From: Mytilus edulis
Lineage: Eukaryota
NCBI RefSeq assembly: GCF_963676685.1
Contig: NC_092353.1
Location: forward strand, 61,442,001-61,506,000
DNA: 64,000 bases
Reading direction: 5' to 3'
In this document: one piece after another, positions 14,589-25,877 of the stretch
Layout: each line of letters opens with the position of its first letter
Position numbering within the stretch: position 1 is the first letter of the stretch
Translations under genes and position numbers: made by a program
Notes under the pieces: generated by a model
Seen by the model: only the letters and a program-made list of their open reading frames with translations
Databases searched by the model: none
Told to the model about the DNA's origin: nothing

Positions 14589-14763
14589 CTTTCATTCCTA
14601 GTGACTTCACTAGGTGGTGATTTTTACTGACTTTGGCTCTCATGTGTGATATACGGCAAGTCCCACAGAAATATTGTTTACATTCCTTACAAGAATACTC
14701 CGCATCTGCCTGTAAACAAAGACAGCTTATTTTTGCAACTTGTGCACTGTTTGCTTTTGCCAT
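14589..14763 (-). CDS. First coding exon encoding a B-box-type zinc finger (RING-less TRIM-like protein)
   Basis: MAKANSAQVAKISCLCLQADAEYSCKECKQYFCGTCRISHMRAKVSKNHHLV matches the B-box C-x2-C-x4-C-x2-C-x3-H-x8-H pattern. Strong donor AAG/GTAAGA at 14588, phase 1 (175 nt). Confidence 0.75.
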
Positions 14764-16817
14764 ACTATATATTCCAAATAATAATAAAATTCCTTGTTAT
14801 TTCATAAGAAATACGTACTAGGCCTAATCACGTGACCGTTGTGTATAACAGGTAACTTTATCATACGTGAACGACTTTGAGACATAAACAAATATCAGGT
14901 GAATAAATATATTTATAAGCATTCTTCACGCTAAACCACAAGTTCTTTCAGGCATTCTTCCCTTTAAGCTAACACAATCCAATATATTTTTTTTCAAATC
15001 AACTATAGGTCAAAGTACGGCCTTCAACATTGGGCAAAGCCAATATCGCATTGTCCGACTTCCTTTTGGTACATATATAAGTCTTCTCATGAAATCTTAA
15101 ATTCATCAAAATTCAGAAAACTTAGTACTAGTATTCTAATCATCGACAGAATGTATCCAATATATTACCGAACAGTTTGTATCAATTATATTTTTATTTC
15201 TATGTATATGTATTACTCAGTCTGCAAGAGAGGAATTATCAAGTAATTGAGCGGTAATAAACAGGTTTTAACTGTTTTTTTGTCCCGTGCAGGGACGGTT
15301 TAATACATTTAAAGTCATGACTTTTTTTGACATCACATCAGCTCAATATATGAACAAGAGTTAAAAGAAGTTAACGTGTGCATATACAAAATGGTAGAAA
15401 ATGTAAGTCATTATTGGTTAGTGCATAAAGTAAGCAAGTCTCGCTTTAAAATGTTAGCATATTATCATACTTTCAGTGATAATCTATTTGACTATTCCAA
15501 AATTTATGCTAGCAGGGCGCGATTTCAAGTTGATAATCGTCCTCCAAAATTATTTACCGTTAATTGTTATCCTGGTACCTTTGAAAACTATTAACTGGCA
15601 CGCCGGAATCATATGCACAATAACGTTTTGATTCTGACTATTGAGTTGAGTGAACCTCTTCAATAACAATTCTAAAGCTCTGTAATATCAAAAATCTGTT
15701 TAAGGTAATTAAGTACACCAAAGGACGAGAAATTTGTTTTTCATGTTGTTGGAAGTAAATGTTGGTCGTAATTTGGACATTCATATATACTTATTTGTTA
15801 GATTGGTACTTTTTGTCTTTTTTTTTAAGCTGTTTGTTTTAGCTTCATGCCTATCTCGTGAGCTAAACCCTTTCCAATTGAAGTTTCCAGTTTGCTGTTA
15901 TGTTGTCAAAGGCTTTAGGTAAAATTTATACAGTGACATGAGACCTGATCGAAAGCACTACATGTAATTACTTACAATCATAACAGTCGATTTGTTTTAG
16001 ATTGTTGTCTAATTAAGAATCATATCAAATCTTATAATTTAACACATTAAATACATTACAATATATAAGTCTGTAATTGTGACCAAAGCAGTTATAGAAA
16101 AATATGTTTACCTCTACTGTGCTGATCAACACAGATCTATTCTATAAATGTTGTTATTGAAATTTGTTTGAATATTTGTTTAAATTGTAAAGACAGGTAC
16201 AATGTAATATAATATCAAAATTATATCGTTTTAATTGATTTGTAAATCGAATCAATTAATGTCCGTGTAATTCAAAATATCTAGTCAAGCAAACAAAATG
16301 TAAGTTAATAATTATGTAATGCAATAATATTTGATATCAGATAACGACTATATTTCTAACGAAGTATTTTAATTTTTCATCGTTAAAGAAATAAACGGTA
16401 AGTCGTGCTATCACAAGATACGTGAGTAACTACAAATATATAAAAAAGACAGGTCTGGTCTAAACTTTGAAAGGTTTAAAAAATAAAAAAAAACCTTTAA
16501 ACAGATAATGACTTTTAAAAAAATCTTCCTTTGATATTTTAAACTAAACATTTATAATATTTAAATTGCTATATTCAAACACATACTTGTGGACTTTTGA
16601 CGAGGTCAATACGTGATTTATGGACGTATTCCGATTGTATAGAGGACGAAGTTCGAGGTTCAATATAATCTAAAAGGTCACGTATTGCCCGAGTGAATGT
16701 CCTTAATACATATATTACTAGTATGTTTATAGTGTGAGTCTGATAAAGGCATTGACACGATGTTTCTATTTTTATTAAAAAGGAGTCATATCAAATTTAA
16801 AAAAAGTAACTTCGAGT

Positions 16818-16940
16818 TAATAGTTATCAAAGGTACCAGGATTATAATTTAGTACGCTACACGCGCGTTTCGTCTACATAAGACTCATAAGTGACGCTCA
16901 TATCAAAATATTTATAAAGCCAAACAAGTTCAAAGTTGAA
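16818..16940 (-). ncRNA. Decayed retrozyme fragment with mutated hammerhead
   Basis: Minus strand reads GAGCGTCA-CTTATGA-GTCTTATGTAGAC-GAAACGCGC-GTG. Core CUGAUGA and the GUC cleavage triplet are both mutated relative to the copies at 55454 and 59613. Confidence 0.8.
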
Positions 16941-19585
16941 AATAGCAAATTTACAAAATTACATAATTTGTATTGTGAAATACGTGACAAAAGAAACCTC
17001 AGAGATACATAAAAATCAAACCGTATGCAATATATTACTTTATCACACATTTTGTACTAATATGTACATTTTGCATGGCCATTAATATCCGGAAGCCAAG
17101 GTTGGTTATTAGCTTTCGGGGCCAATATCGATATTACCACTCGGAATCCATATCGATCCCCCGAATTTGACTTCCGGTACAAACCTGTTAAAAACAAACT
17201 ATTTGTAAACAAGATGTCATCTGAGCAACTAGCCGATCAGGAGAGGTTTCTCCGAGAATCAAATGACGTTTCAAGTAAATTCATACAAGAAATGAGAAAT
17301 GAGAATGCAATGAATAAAAACTATGAAGTCTGTAAACAATAGAAAGTTATGAATCTGCTATAACAGAAAAAATGTAAGAACTACCATTGGAAATAGTTAT
17401 TTGTCCGCCATTACTGGACATCCCAAAAGTTCCCGTAAAGTTTTGACGTCATAATAGAAAATATATGACCCCACAGTGGAAAAGTAATTGTTGTATGACA
17501 TCAAAAGTTCAAGCAGAACAGATTTACAAATAGCGATACGTGTATTCTTCAACAGCACTAATTTGAAATATAACACTTGATATTTATAACTATGAGAAAT
17601 AATATGTTTATCGTTAATTATTTGTTAAACTTATCACAAACTTTGTTTTCTCACTGTGACACGAATTTTGTTAACTCACTGTGATACATTTTTTCATTTT
17701 TTTCAAAGGTTTTTTAAATTATGGTTAAAAATATTAAACATACTTTGATATATGCTTTTTTTCTCCAGCTTGAAAATATGTGATAAAAAGATTATTAAAT
17801 GTCATTTCCATATTGACCGTTTTATCAGACCACGACTCATATCATGCCTTTGGTCTTAAGCCCTCTGCCTTGATGTGGCAGTTTAGGGCTGATTCCACGG
17901 CAAATATTTAAAATGCCATGTAATAATCTATAATTATAGTTGCAGTTCACATGAGAATGACGTGCTCGAAAAATCATGGTTGTAGAAATTCTAAGTACAT
18001 TTCGGAAATTTAACTTTACTAAGGACTATGTGGAATAGTCGGAAAATGGTGTTTCGGAAGAACTTTTAGTTATTGGTCTGTACTCATATTTTTTACCAAA
18101 TATACATCAAGGATTAAATTGAAAAAAATATATCAGTAAAACAAGCGTCTGACGCCATATGTCTAGATTAATTTTATAAACAAAACAATACGGACATGCA
18201 TGTATATGTCAAATACCATACTTTAATTGATAATATTCTAAAGAAAACTAGTGCGTGTTCGAAGTAACGTTTTGCTTTTAAAAGGTTCGAAGATGTGCAC
18301 GACGTTTCCAATTTGTTTACGTACAAAATGGTACGTCTCTGTTATTCAGTATTTTTGTTGTTTGTTGAACATTAATGTTATTAACATTGAAAGTTATTTT
18401 AAGATGAACGCGCACTCGAAATACAAAATATTTAGGTGAGTTTTACCAACGATTATTGCACGCCATAACTTATTATGTTCAATTAATAAAAAATGACATT
18501 GATTCATACTGCCAAACTACATTCACCACTTATAAAAATACTTTCGATAATATACACTGCCCTTCAAAATTCAGCTTTACATGTGAACAATGTTCAATTT
18601 CTATATAAATATTACTCTATCTATATATAACATTGTACAAATGTATTAACTCCTACCTATCATACTGCTTCTCGAAAATATTTATTTTGTCATTGAACCA
18701 GTCATATCTTCTTTGATGTACAAAGTCAGGAATATGACAGTTGTTGTCCATTCGTTTGATGTGTTTTATCATTTGATATTGCCATCAGTTCAGTATTTTT
18801 GTGATTTGACAGTTCACGTAAAGTTGATTTTAGTCTCTGATACCTGATTTTTTATTATTAATTGTTTTTTCTTTCAAAGAACTTTCATTAACTACGAGAA
18901 CTCTCAAATCGTACTTTCGTGTTAATAGTACGATTGAAGGGATTGCCTTATTAATGATTAACAATATTATATGTTTTAAATGAAAAGTACTCCTGAAAAA
19001 CTTGAAGAGATGAAACAAATAGTAGCCATAAAAACTATGATTAAGGTACTCTTCCTGATGACAGCAACAAGAAACAAGACTTATGTAAAATTAGTTTTAC
19101 TACAAGATTTTTCAAAGACATCATCCAGTTTTCAACAATAGACAAGTGTCTATATAATATGGAAAAACCGATAATAAAAAAGTGATATCCAGGTATTATT
19201 AGTTACATAGCTTGTCGCGTATTCGTGTATTTATATTTTTTTGACTTACAAAGAAACAGAGCGAAATTCACTGCAAACTGTATGTTTAGAACAAGCTTAC
19301 TTACTAGTATATATTAATCGAAATGATGTTTTGCATTACTGAGTGCTTATTGGACGTTTCAGACCTTGCTATATATTGGAATTATAATGCAAAATACAGT
19401 GACCCAAGGTTTCCATGGAATCTTTTCACATCTGTGTACCGACGGGTGAACACGTTAATTGCAGTTTCAAAGTAGCGGATGCTCTGCGAAATGATTTCCC
19501 AGTGGATTAGTATCAAGGATTCAAAGTACTTGCTTAAGCTGTCCATTTAAAAAAATACATGAAAAAAACCCAGCTTCCACCTTAC

Positions 19586-20311
19586 CAGAACATACAAATT
19601 ACACCATCCTGAATTTCCCCTCCATCTTTTCAATGCGATATTTTCGCATGAATACATAAAAGCTGTTTTGAAACAGTACGAGGAAAAGAAGCTCTAGTTT
19701 GTTCATTGTTTCATTGCGTAATACTTCCAGATACATTAAACATCTTCTTTTGTCATCATTCACAACTTCTTTTGCCTAACGAACTTCTGATGTAGCATAT
19801 GATAGCCTCCGTTCTATATCTTGATGTTCGCTGTGGCGGTTTGGAACAGGAACAATGTTACAACCTTTATTTGCAATGGATTCAATTAAATCTTCAGTAA
19901 ACCATCCGTTAGTTCTTGATCTAAATATCTAATCATCTGTTATTCTTGGCCATGTAATTGATAGAGCTAGAACTAGTTCATGTCTAGGATTGTTAGGTTT
20001 AGCGTTTTGTATAAATGTTTAAAGTTCTGTCAGTTTTACTATTACAACTCCAAAAGTGCAGGACCTTTCAGATCAACACTAAGTTGATCGAAAGACTGTA
20101 TCATTATGTTCATGACATAAAATTTTGCCATTATTTTCATATCATCTCGTATTTTCTTGGCACTGTGAAATAGTTTGTGTGCATTCAATGCTTTACAATA
20201 ACCTGGTTGAACATGTTCTGTTTCAAGTTTCAGTTTTTGTATCGTAGTTTTCAGACCGAACTCTTTGATACATGGGATATTTCATACCATTAGTATATCG
20301 ATATCGCTATA
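19586..20311 (-). pseudogene. cGAS-like receptor (Mab-21 NTase) pseudogene, paralog of the gene at 21924-27698
   Basis: Manual translation: YSDIDILMV*...EHVQPGYCK...AKKIRDDMK...VDLKGPA...HELVLALSITWPRITDD*IFRSRTNGWF...GCNIVPVPNRHSEHQDIERRLSYATSEVR*AKEVVNDD...SSYCFKTAFMYSCE...NLYVL. Colinear with ORF 24696-25877. At least three stops plus frameshifts. Confidence 0.92.
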
Positions 20312-21923
20312 CCAAAAACCCTCAAGAAAAGTCAAACAATCAGTACTTAGAACGGTTAAGATTAGGCAACACATAACCAGCCAACACCGAATTTATCTCA
20401 TTAGAAAGGTTAGTTTAAATTATAGATTATCCGGCAATTTATATCAATAAACAGTATGACATTGTTTTTGTATTCAAATCAATTATATTTTTTGTTTGCT
20501 ATAAAGATGATAATGATAAACATCAAATCATGTCGTCTTACCAATATTTTCTAGACTATAAGAACCTTGTATTCTTTCATATAGCATGTATAGTATGATC
20601 ACTGAATCGTCAGTTTATGTACAAAATGATTCAGAGCCTTAACTTTCAACTGAAGTATGCCTTATATTATTTGACTAGTCGAGTATTTCTTTTAGGGGCT
20701 ACGTTTTTAGCCGGATCGAAAGACAATTTTAAATTTGTATTATAAAAGACTTAGTGAGTTTTCAGATCGGTCATGTTCACGTAGTCTAAGAAATAAGTAA
20801 GAAAATATGTCCATATTTGGTGAATAACGAAATATTAGTTAAGATACTTATATGAAATATCTTCAAAGAAATTTACTTATTGAGAAGAAACTTGCATATA
20901 TTGAGAAGGCAACAACGGAGAATATGAAAATGAATAACTTGGTATAGTAAGGCCGGAATATAAAAAAAAACTTTGAATAAGACAGGATGCAATGAATTTT
21001 CAGAAAATGCAAATTTAACAATGAATTTTTTTTTTTATCAAATAATAGTTGGTGGGAAGACCAATTTTAGATTTAAATCATATATGTCTTACTTGTTCTA
21101 ACTTCGTCATCTTCATAGTCATTTTCCTTTAGACCAATTCTAGTTCATATGACAACACACTTCATTCAATTTTTTAAACGAACAGAAATCTTAAAAAATA
21201 ATGTGTTTATCAGCTCACATGAGATTTTTTGTGTGTGTTGTGTTTACTGCCGATTTGATTATTAAAGTCATTGGCAACTAACTTTTATAGTTTGTCTGAA
21301 TGTTAAATTTATTTTTACACGGCCGTGTCATATTGTAGGGTGTTTGAGCACTCACAAACATGTTTCATGCCACCAAATTCTAAATATGTGTGTTCCAAGT
21401 TAATTTAGGAGGCTGAAAATGGATTTTTGAATATGAATAAAGGAAGATGGCGTATACTATACTCAAATAAGCCATTACTACGACACAGAAAACATCTTAT
21501 AATGATAGTTAACATATTGAAAAAAAAAGAAATTAGGAGAAAGTAGAAAACAGGTGTTATCAACTATTCCTAATTGACAAAAAAAAATCTATAGATATAG
21601 ACCACCACATTTATTTTTGAACTTGTAAATGCAGGGCTTCATTAAAATTCTAATTTAACCATGTTGAGATTTTAGCGGTAACTCGTGAGTTTATTTGAAA
21701 GATATTCGAGACGGCGTTCTGTACGAACCTGATATGTTTTGGTTGATTAAATTCTGTTATTTAAATAGAAACTTTTCGCTTCAAAAATGGGTCAATACCC
21801 CATTTACCTGTTCATAATTTAAATCTATAATATACTACGTGTACAACAAACCGGCAGATTAGGAAAATTTTATAGAATTAATCTACCTAACAATCAACTG
21901 CTCCAACTCGAAGGAAACTCGAC

Positions 21924-22146
21924 ATGGATGAATCAAACGGAAACAAAATAAACGATAACATTGGAATATCTGACCGGAATAATGGCGGACAAAATGATGA
22001 GAAAGACAATAAAGATGATACTGGAGAGGTGTATGCATGTTCTTTTGATATGGATTGTGTTGCAAAATGTGAATTGGAATACGAAGGAATAAACGACAAG
22101 AAGGTGCAAGAAAATAGACCGCCATCGACAAAAGATACAAAAAGAG
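21924..22146 (+). CDS. cGLR gene, probable coding exon 1 (low-complexity N-terminus)
   Basis: ATG at 21924. Donor AG/GTACTA at 22147 is phase 1 and joins in frame (G+AT = Asp) to the acceptor TTTCAG at 24663. Confidence 0.6.
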
Positions 22147-23207
22147 GTACTATAATTTTCGGATTTTTTTTTATTGTACTGATAGTTGAATGCATATGGT
22201 GACGCACAAAACATCATATAGGTTAAATGAAAGAAAAGGTATGAATGAGAAATACATTATATAAAATGTACGTACTTCACTTAAATAAAAGAAGCACGTG
22301 ATAAAAATCTGGGAGACAATGCAAAGAGGAAACACACAATCTGATCAAGATTACAAGAAACACTGGCTAATATTGTTTGTTTGTCTTTTCGCAAAAGGTC
22401 AGAGTATCATTGTGGCACTCGGTCATTTAATAATCCTATGATAACCCTGACTTTATAAATATTCATTATTAATGAATACAAAGGATTTAAACAAGTTTCA
22501 ACGGCCCGCTCCAAATCTCTTGTTGTATGAGCCCAATTTCTATAGTAGGTAAAGCGCGTTTAAAAAGACAGCCACATGCACTATCTGTTCATAAAACCGC
22601 CTCAAACGTTGTAGTTTCTGCCTTCCAATTACGTAATTAGATTAAACGATAAATAATTGTTTATATTTGATTTGCATGTGTTCCAGTTAGTAACAAAGCC
22701 TATAAAATAAATTCTACTGAAAGTTCTTCAATTGATTACAGTACTAGTATTCGAGAGTAAGATGTTTTAGTTTATCGTATTTTGTAGAACAATTTCTAAT
22801 CCGTCGCTAGCAAAACTGTCAATCAATATCTAACAATGTTACATCAGAAAACGTAGAGTGTCGTCCCTTATAACTGTCCCTCTGGTATCTTTTGTCCCTC
22901 TTTTATAAGGAGGTATGATTGCAACATCGAATAATAGAGGTCCTCTAGTCAAATACAACCAAGTTTTTTTGCGTGTGAAATGAATTCTACATTACTCCAT
23001 GCAACACTATGTGCTTTCAAGAGTCAAGACATTGTTTACATAACTGAGATTCGATTATAAAAAGTATTCAACTCCTGACAAGTCATGCAATAATAAATGT
23101 GCTACTCGCATTCGTGATTTAATGTGTTCTTTTTTAGGTCCCATTCAATAGGAATTTGGGTTTTGGCAATTACCATTTAACAGTTATCTGCATATTGAGT
23201 ATATATA

Positions 23208-24422
23208 TGTTAGCGGCAATAAGTGAAATTAGGCATTAAGCTTAAATCCTAGGCAATAAGCTAACGCCTAGGCAGTAAGTCTATTGCCTAAATGATGTTA
23301 GGCATTAGTCTTAAATCCTAGGATTTAAGCTTAAATCCTGAAAAATATGTGCAGGCATTAAGCTTAATGCCTAAAACATAAATGCGAGTAAATAAAAGAC
23401 ATTTATTCATTTAAATAACAATATATTTGTAAAATAATAACATTATGAGAACTGGGGCCTGTTTATCGAAACTATCATAAGATCGATCCTATGAGATATT
23501 CTTAGGACAGAAATTATGATAAAATTAGGACCGACTTACGACAAGTCTCAGCATGCACATTGAAGCTGTCTGAGGATTATCTTAGCTAGGATGTCCTAAC
23601 CGCGTATTGACGTAAAAAATAGCAAATGAAAAAAAATAATATTGTATCAAATTTAACCAACAACTTTAATTTAAAAACCGACTAATTATTAGAAAATAAA
23701 TATTAGTTTTAAATTATAATAATTTGTACATTGTAAACTATATGAAACAAAACATAAGTAAAAAAATATACCTACGTTTTATATTAGAATTGAACAAACT
23801 AACTGCAAATAGTTAAAATTTTGCATATAATCAGTAAAATCATGCTTTGAGGGAGCTGAAATGGAAGTGTCACAACACTCCACAAGAGACTGGAAATAAA
23901 ATCACTAATAAGATATGTTATCTATATTAAAATAATAATCTAAAAATATGAAAACTTGATAAAAATTTGTGTTCAAATAATTTTGTTATCACAAGTTGTG
24001 AAACTTACTTATTTATATATATATAACATAAAAAAAAAATAGAAAAATGGTGTGAGCAAAAAAAATCACATTTTAATTTTGTCTACTTTTGAACAGTTTA
24101 AATCAGCTCGACTACAGTGAAGTGAAATTTTTTTCAAATAAATATTAAAATTGTTTTATAGAATCTCCCTCTTGTTTAATTGGATTATAACAATCACTTT
24201 TTTAAATCTTTTTAATATTTTGTAATATCACAAAAACATGAAAAAAGTATGTGTAAATTCTGTTTTTTAACTGCTAAAATCACTAAATAAACTTACTAAA
24301 TTTGAAGATCTGTCAAATGAATGTATATTTACACATGTTATATTAGAAATAAATTAAGTAACTCCTTTATATCAAGAATAAATCACCAAATATGCATTAA
24401 TTATAGATTTCACTTATTGCCT
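23208..24422. mobile_element. Non-autonomous DNA transposon in the cGLR intron, with subterminal ~20-bp repeats
   Basis: GGCAATAAGTGAAAT (23215) is inverted at about 24407-24421. Repeated AGGCATTAAGCTTAAATCCT. Begins next to a (TA)n tract. Confidence 0.5.
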
Positions 24423-24663
24423 AAAATCTAAGAAGATGTGGTATGCTTGCAAATGAGACAACTCTCTACAAGAGACAATGGAATACGTAGACAGCTCTCT
24501 CACAAGCAAGAAACCATAACTAAAAATATAAGGGCCTACACTACAGGCACGGGGACACATTCAGTATTCACTAGTTCTTCCAATTCTAGTTTTTTTTAGC
24601 CATGGTGTTGTCAGTCTAATAGTTCTCTACCTTACATTTGTTTTTATTTCTTAACTCTTTCAG

Positions 24664-25877
24664 ATGTTGACAGAGAGGCGAGTCCAACATTACCAGTGGA
24701 ATGGGACAACACGGCAGATATTCCAACTTTACACTTTTCATTTATTGTAAACCTACTTCTGCCTAAGCATTTGATATCGAAAAGACACCCAAAAGTAGAA
24801 CAAGAAATTGACAAACTCAATACTAGAGGTCGTCAGCAGTATGGAGAAGATCCGCCATCAAAATACATTGCCGTTGGGAGTAGTGCAGAATGTTACGAAA
24901 TTCCACGAATGATATCAAAAGAACCTCTTAAGATGCCAATAGGTGTTCAACACAGTGACATAGATGTTCTTGTGGCATGGAATTCGCGACGCATTAGGGA
25001 ACTCGACCTTCAAACTTCTGATAAACAGAAAGTTGTTTTAGAAATAGAAGACGTACACCCGGGTTACTGTAGACTGTTTATAAACGATCCAGAATCTGTT
25101 CTTCGGGGAGTTGATCCATCGACTGCAATATGGGTTGAAAAAAGGGGATTTTTTAATGCGAAAAAAGTTAGAGATGATATCAAAACTTTAATGGATCAAA
25201 TAGGTTTCGAGCAATCAACCGATATTTCCAAGTTTATTGTAGATCAGAAAGGTCCAGCAGTTGGACTTGAAGACATCACTGCAAGAACTTTAAAATTGTT
25301 TCAATCGAGTACAAGCTTGCAACATCCTCGACAAGAGATGGTTGCCGCATTACCAATCTTGTGGCCCAAAATTGCAAATAATTGGATGTTTAGACAGAGA
25401 ACAAACAATTGGTTGTCAGATACGTTAATAAAATCTATTGTTGACGAAGGATGCCATGTTGTTCCTGTCTCACATCGACACACCAAACATCCTGACATAG
25501 AATGGAGATTGTCGTTCGCAACGTCAGAAGTAAGGTTAGCTAAAGATGTTGTAACAGATGACCAAAGACAGTGTTATGTATATTTGAAATTACTTCGACA
25601 AGTAAAAATGAAAGGCTTAGATCTCCTCTCTTCCTATCACATGAAGACAGCTTTTCTTTACTCCTGTGAACGACTTCCGACTGAGTGTTGGCATGAAATT
25701 CAAGGAGGATGTATATTATACGTTCTCGATACTTTGATAGCATTTGTAAAAGACCGATGGCTTCCTAGTTATTTCATACCAGAAAATAATCTTCTTGATC
25801 ATCTAACTGAAGATGAATTCAATCATCTTGATATTCTATTAGCTTCAATTCGAACGGACCCAATTTCTCCAGTGTAA
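24664..25877 (+). CDS. cGAS-like receptor / Mab-21 family nucleotidyltransferase domain (exon 2, 5' part)
   Basis: Motifs VGSSAE, SDIDVLV, third acidic residue in QEMV, GCHVVP, EWRLSFATSE, LSSYHMKTAFLY, LPSYFIPENNLL. Strong pyrimidine tract and CAG acceptor upstream. Confidence 0.92.

Noticed and set aside
21768-21785. ISRE/IRF-like motif upstream of the cGLR (GAAGCGAAAAGTTTC on the minus strand)
   Set aside because: Imperfect short match that is likely by chance in AT-rich DNA, and there is no conservation data.
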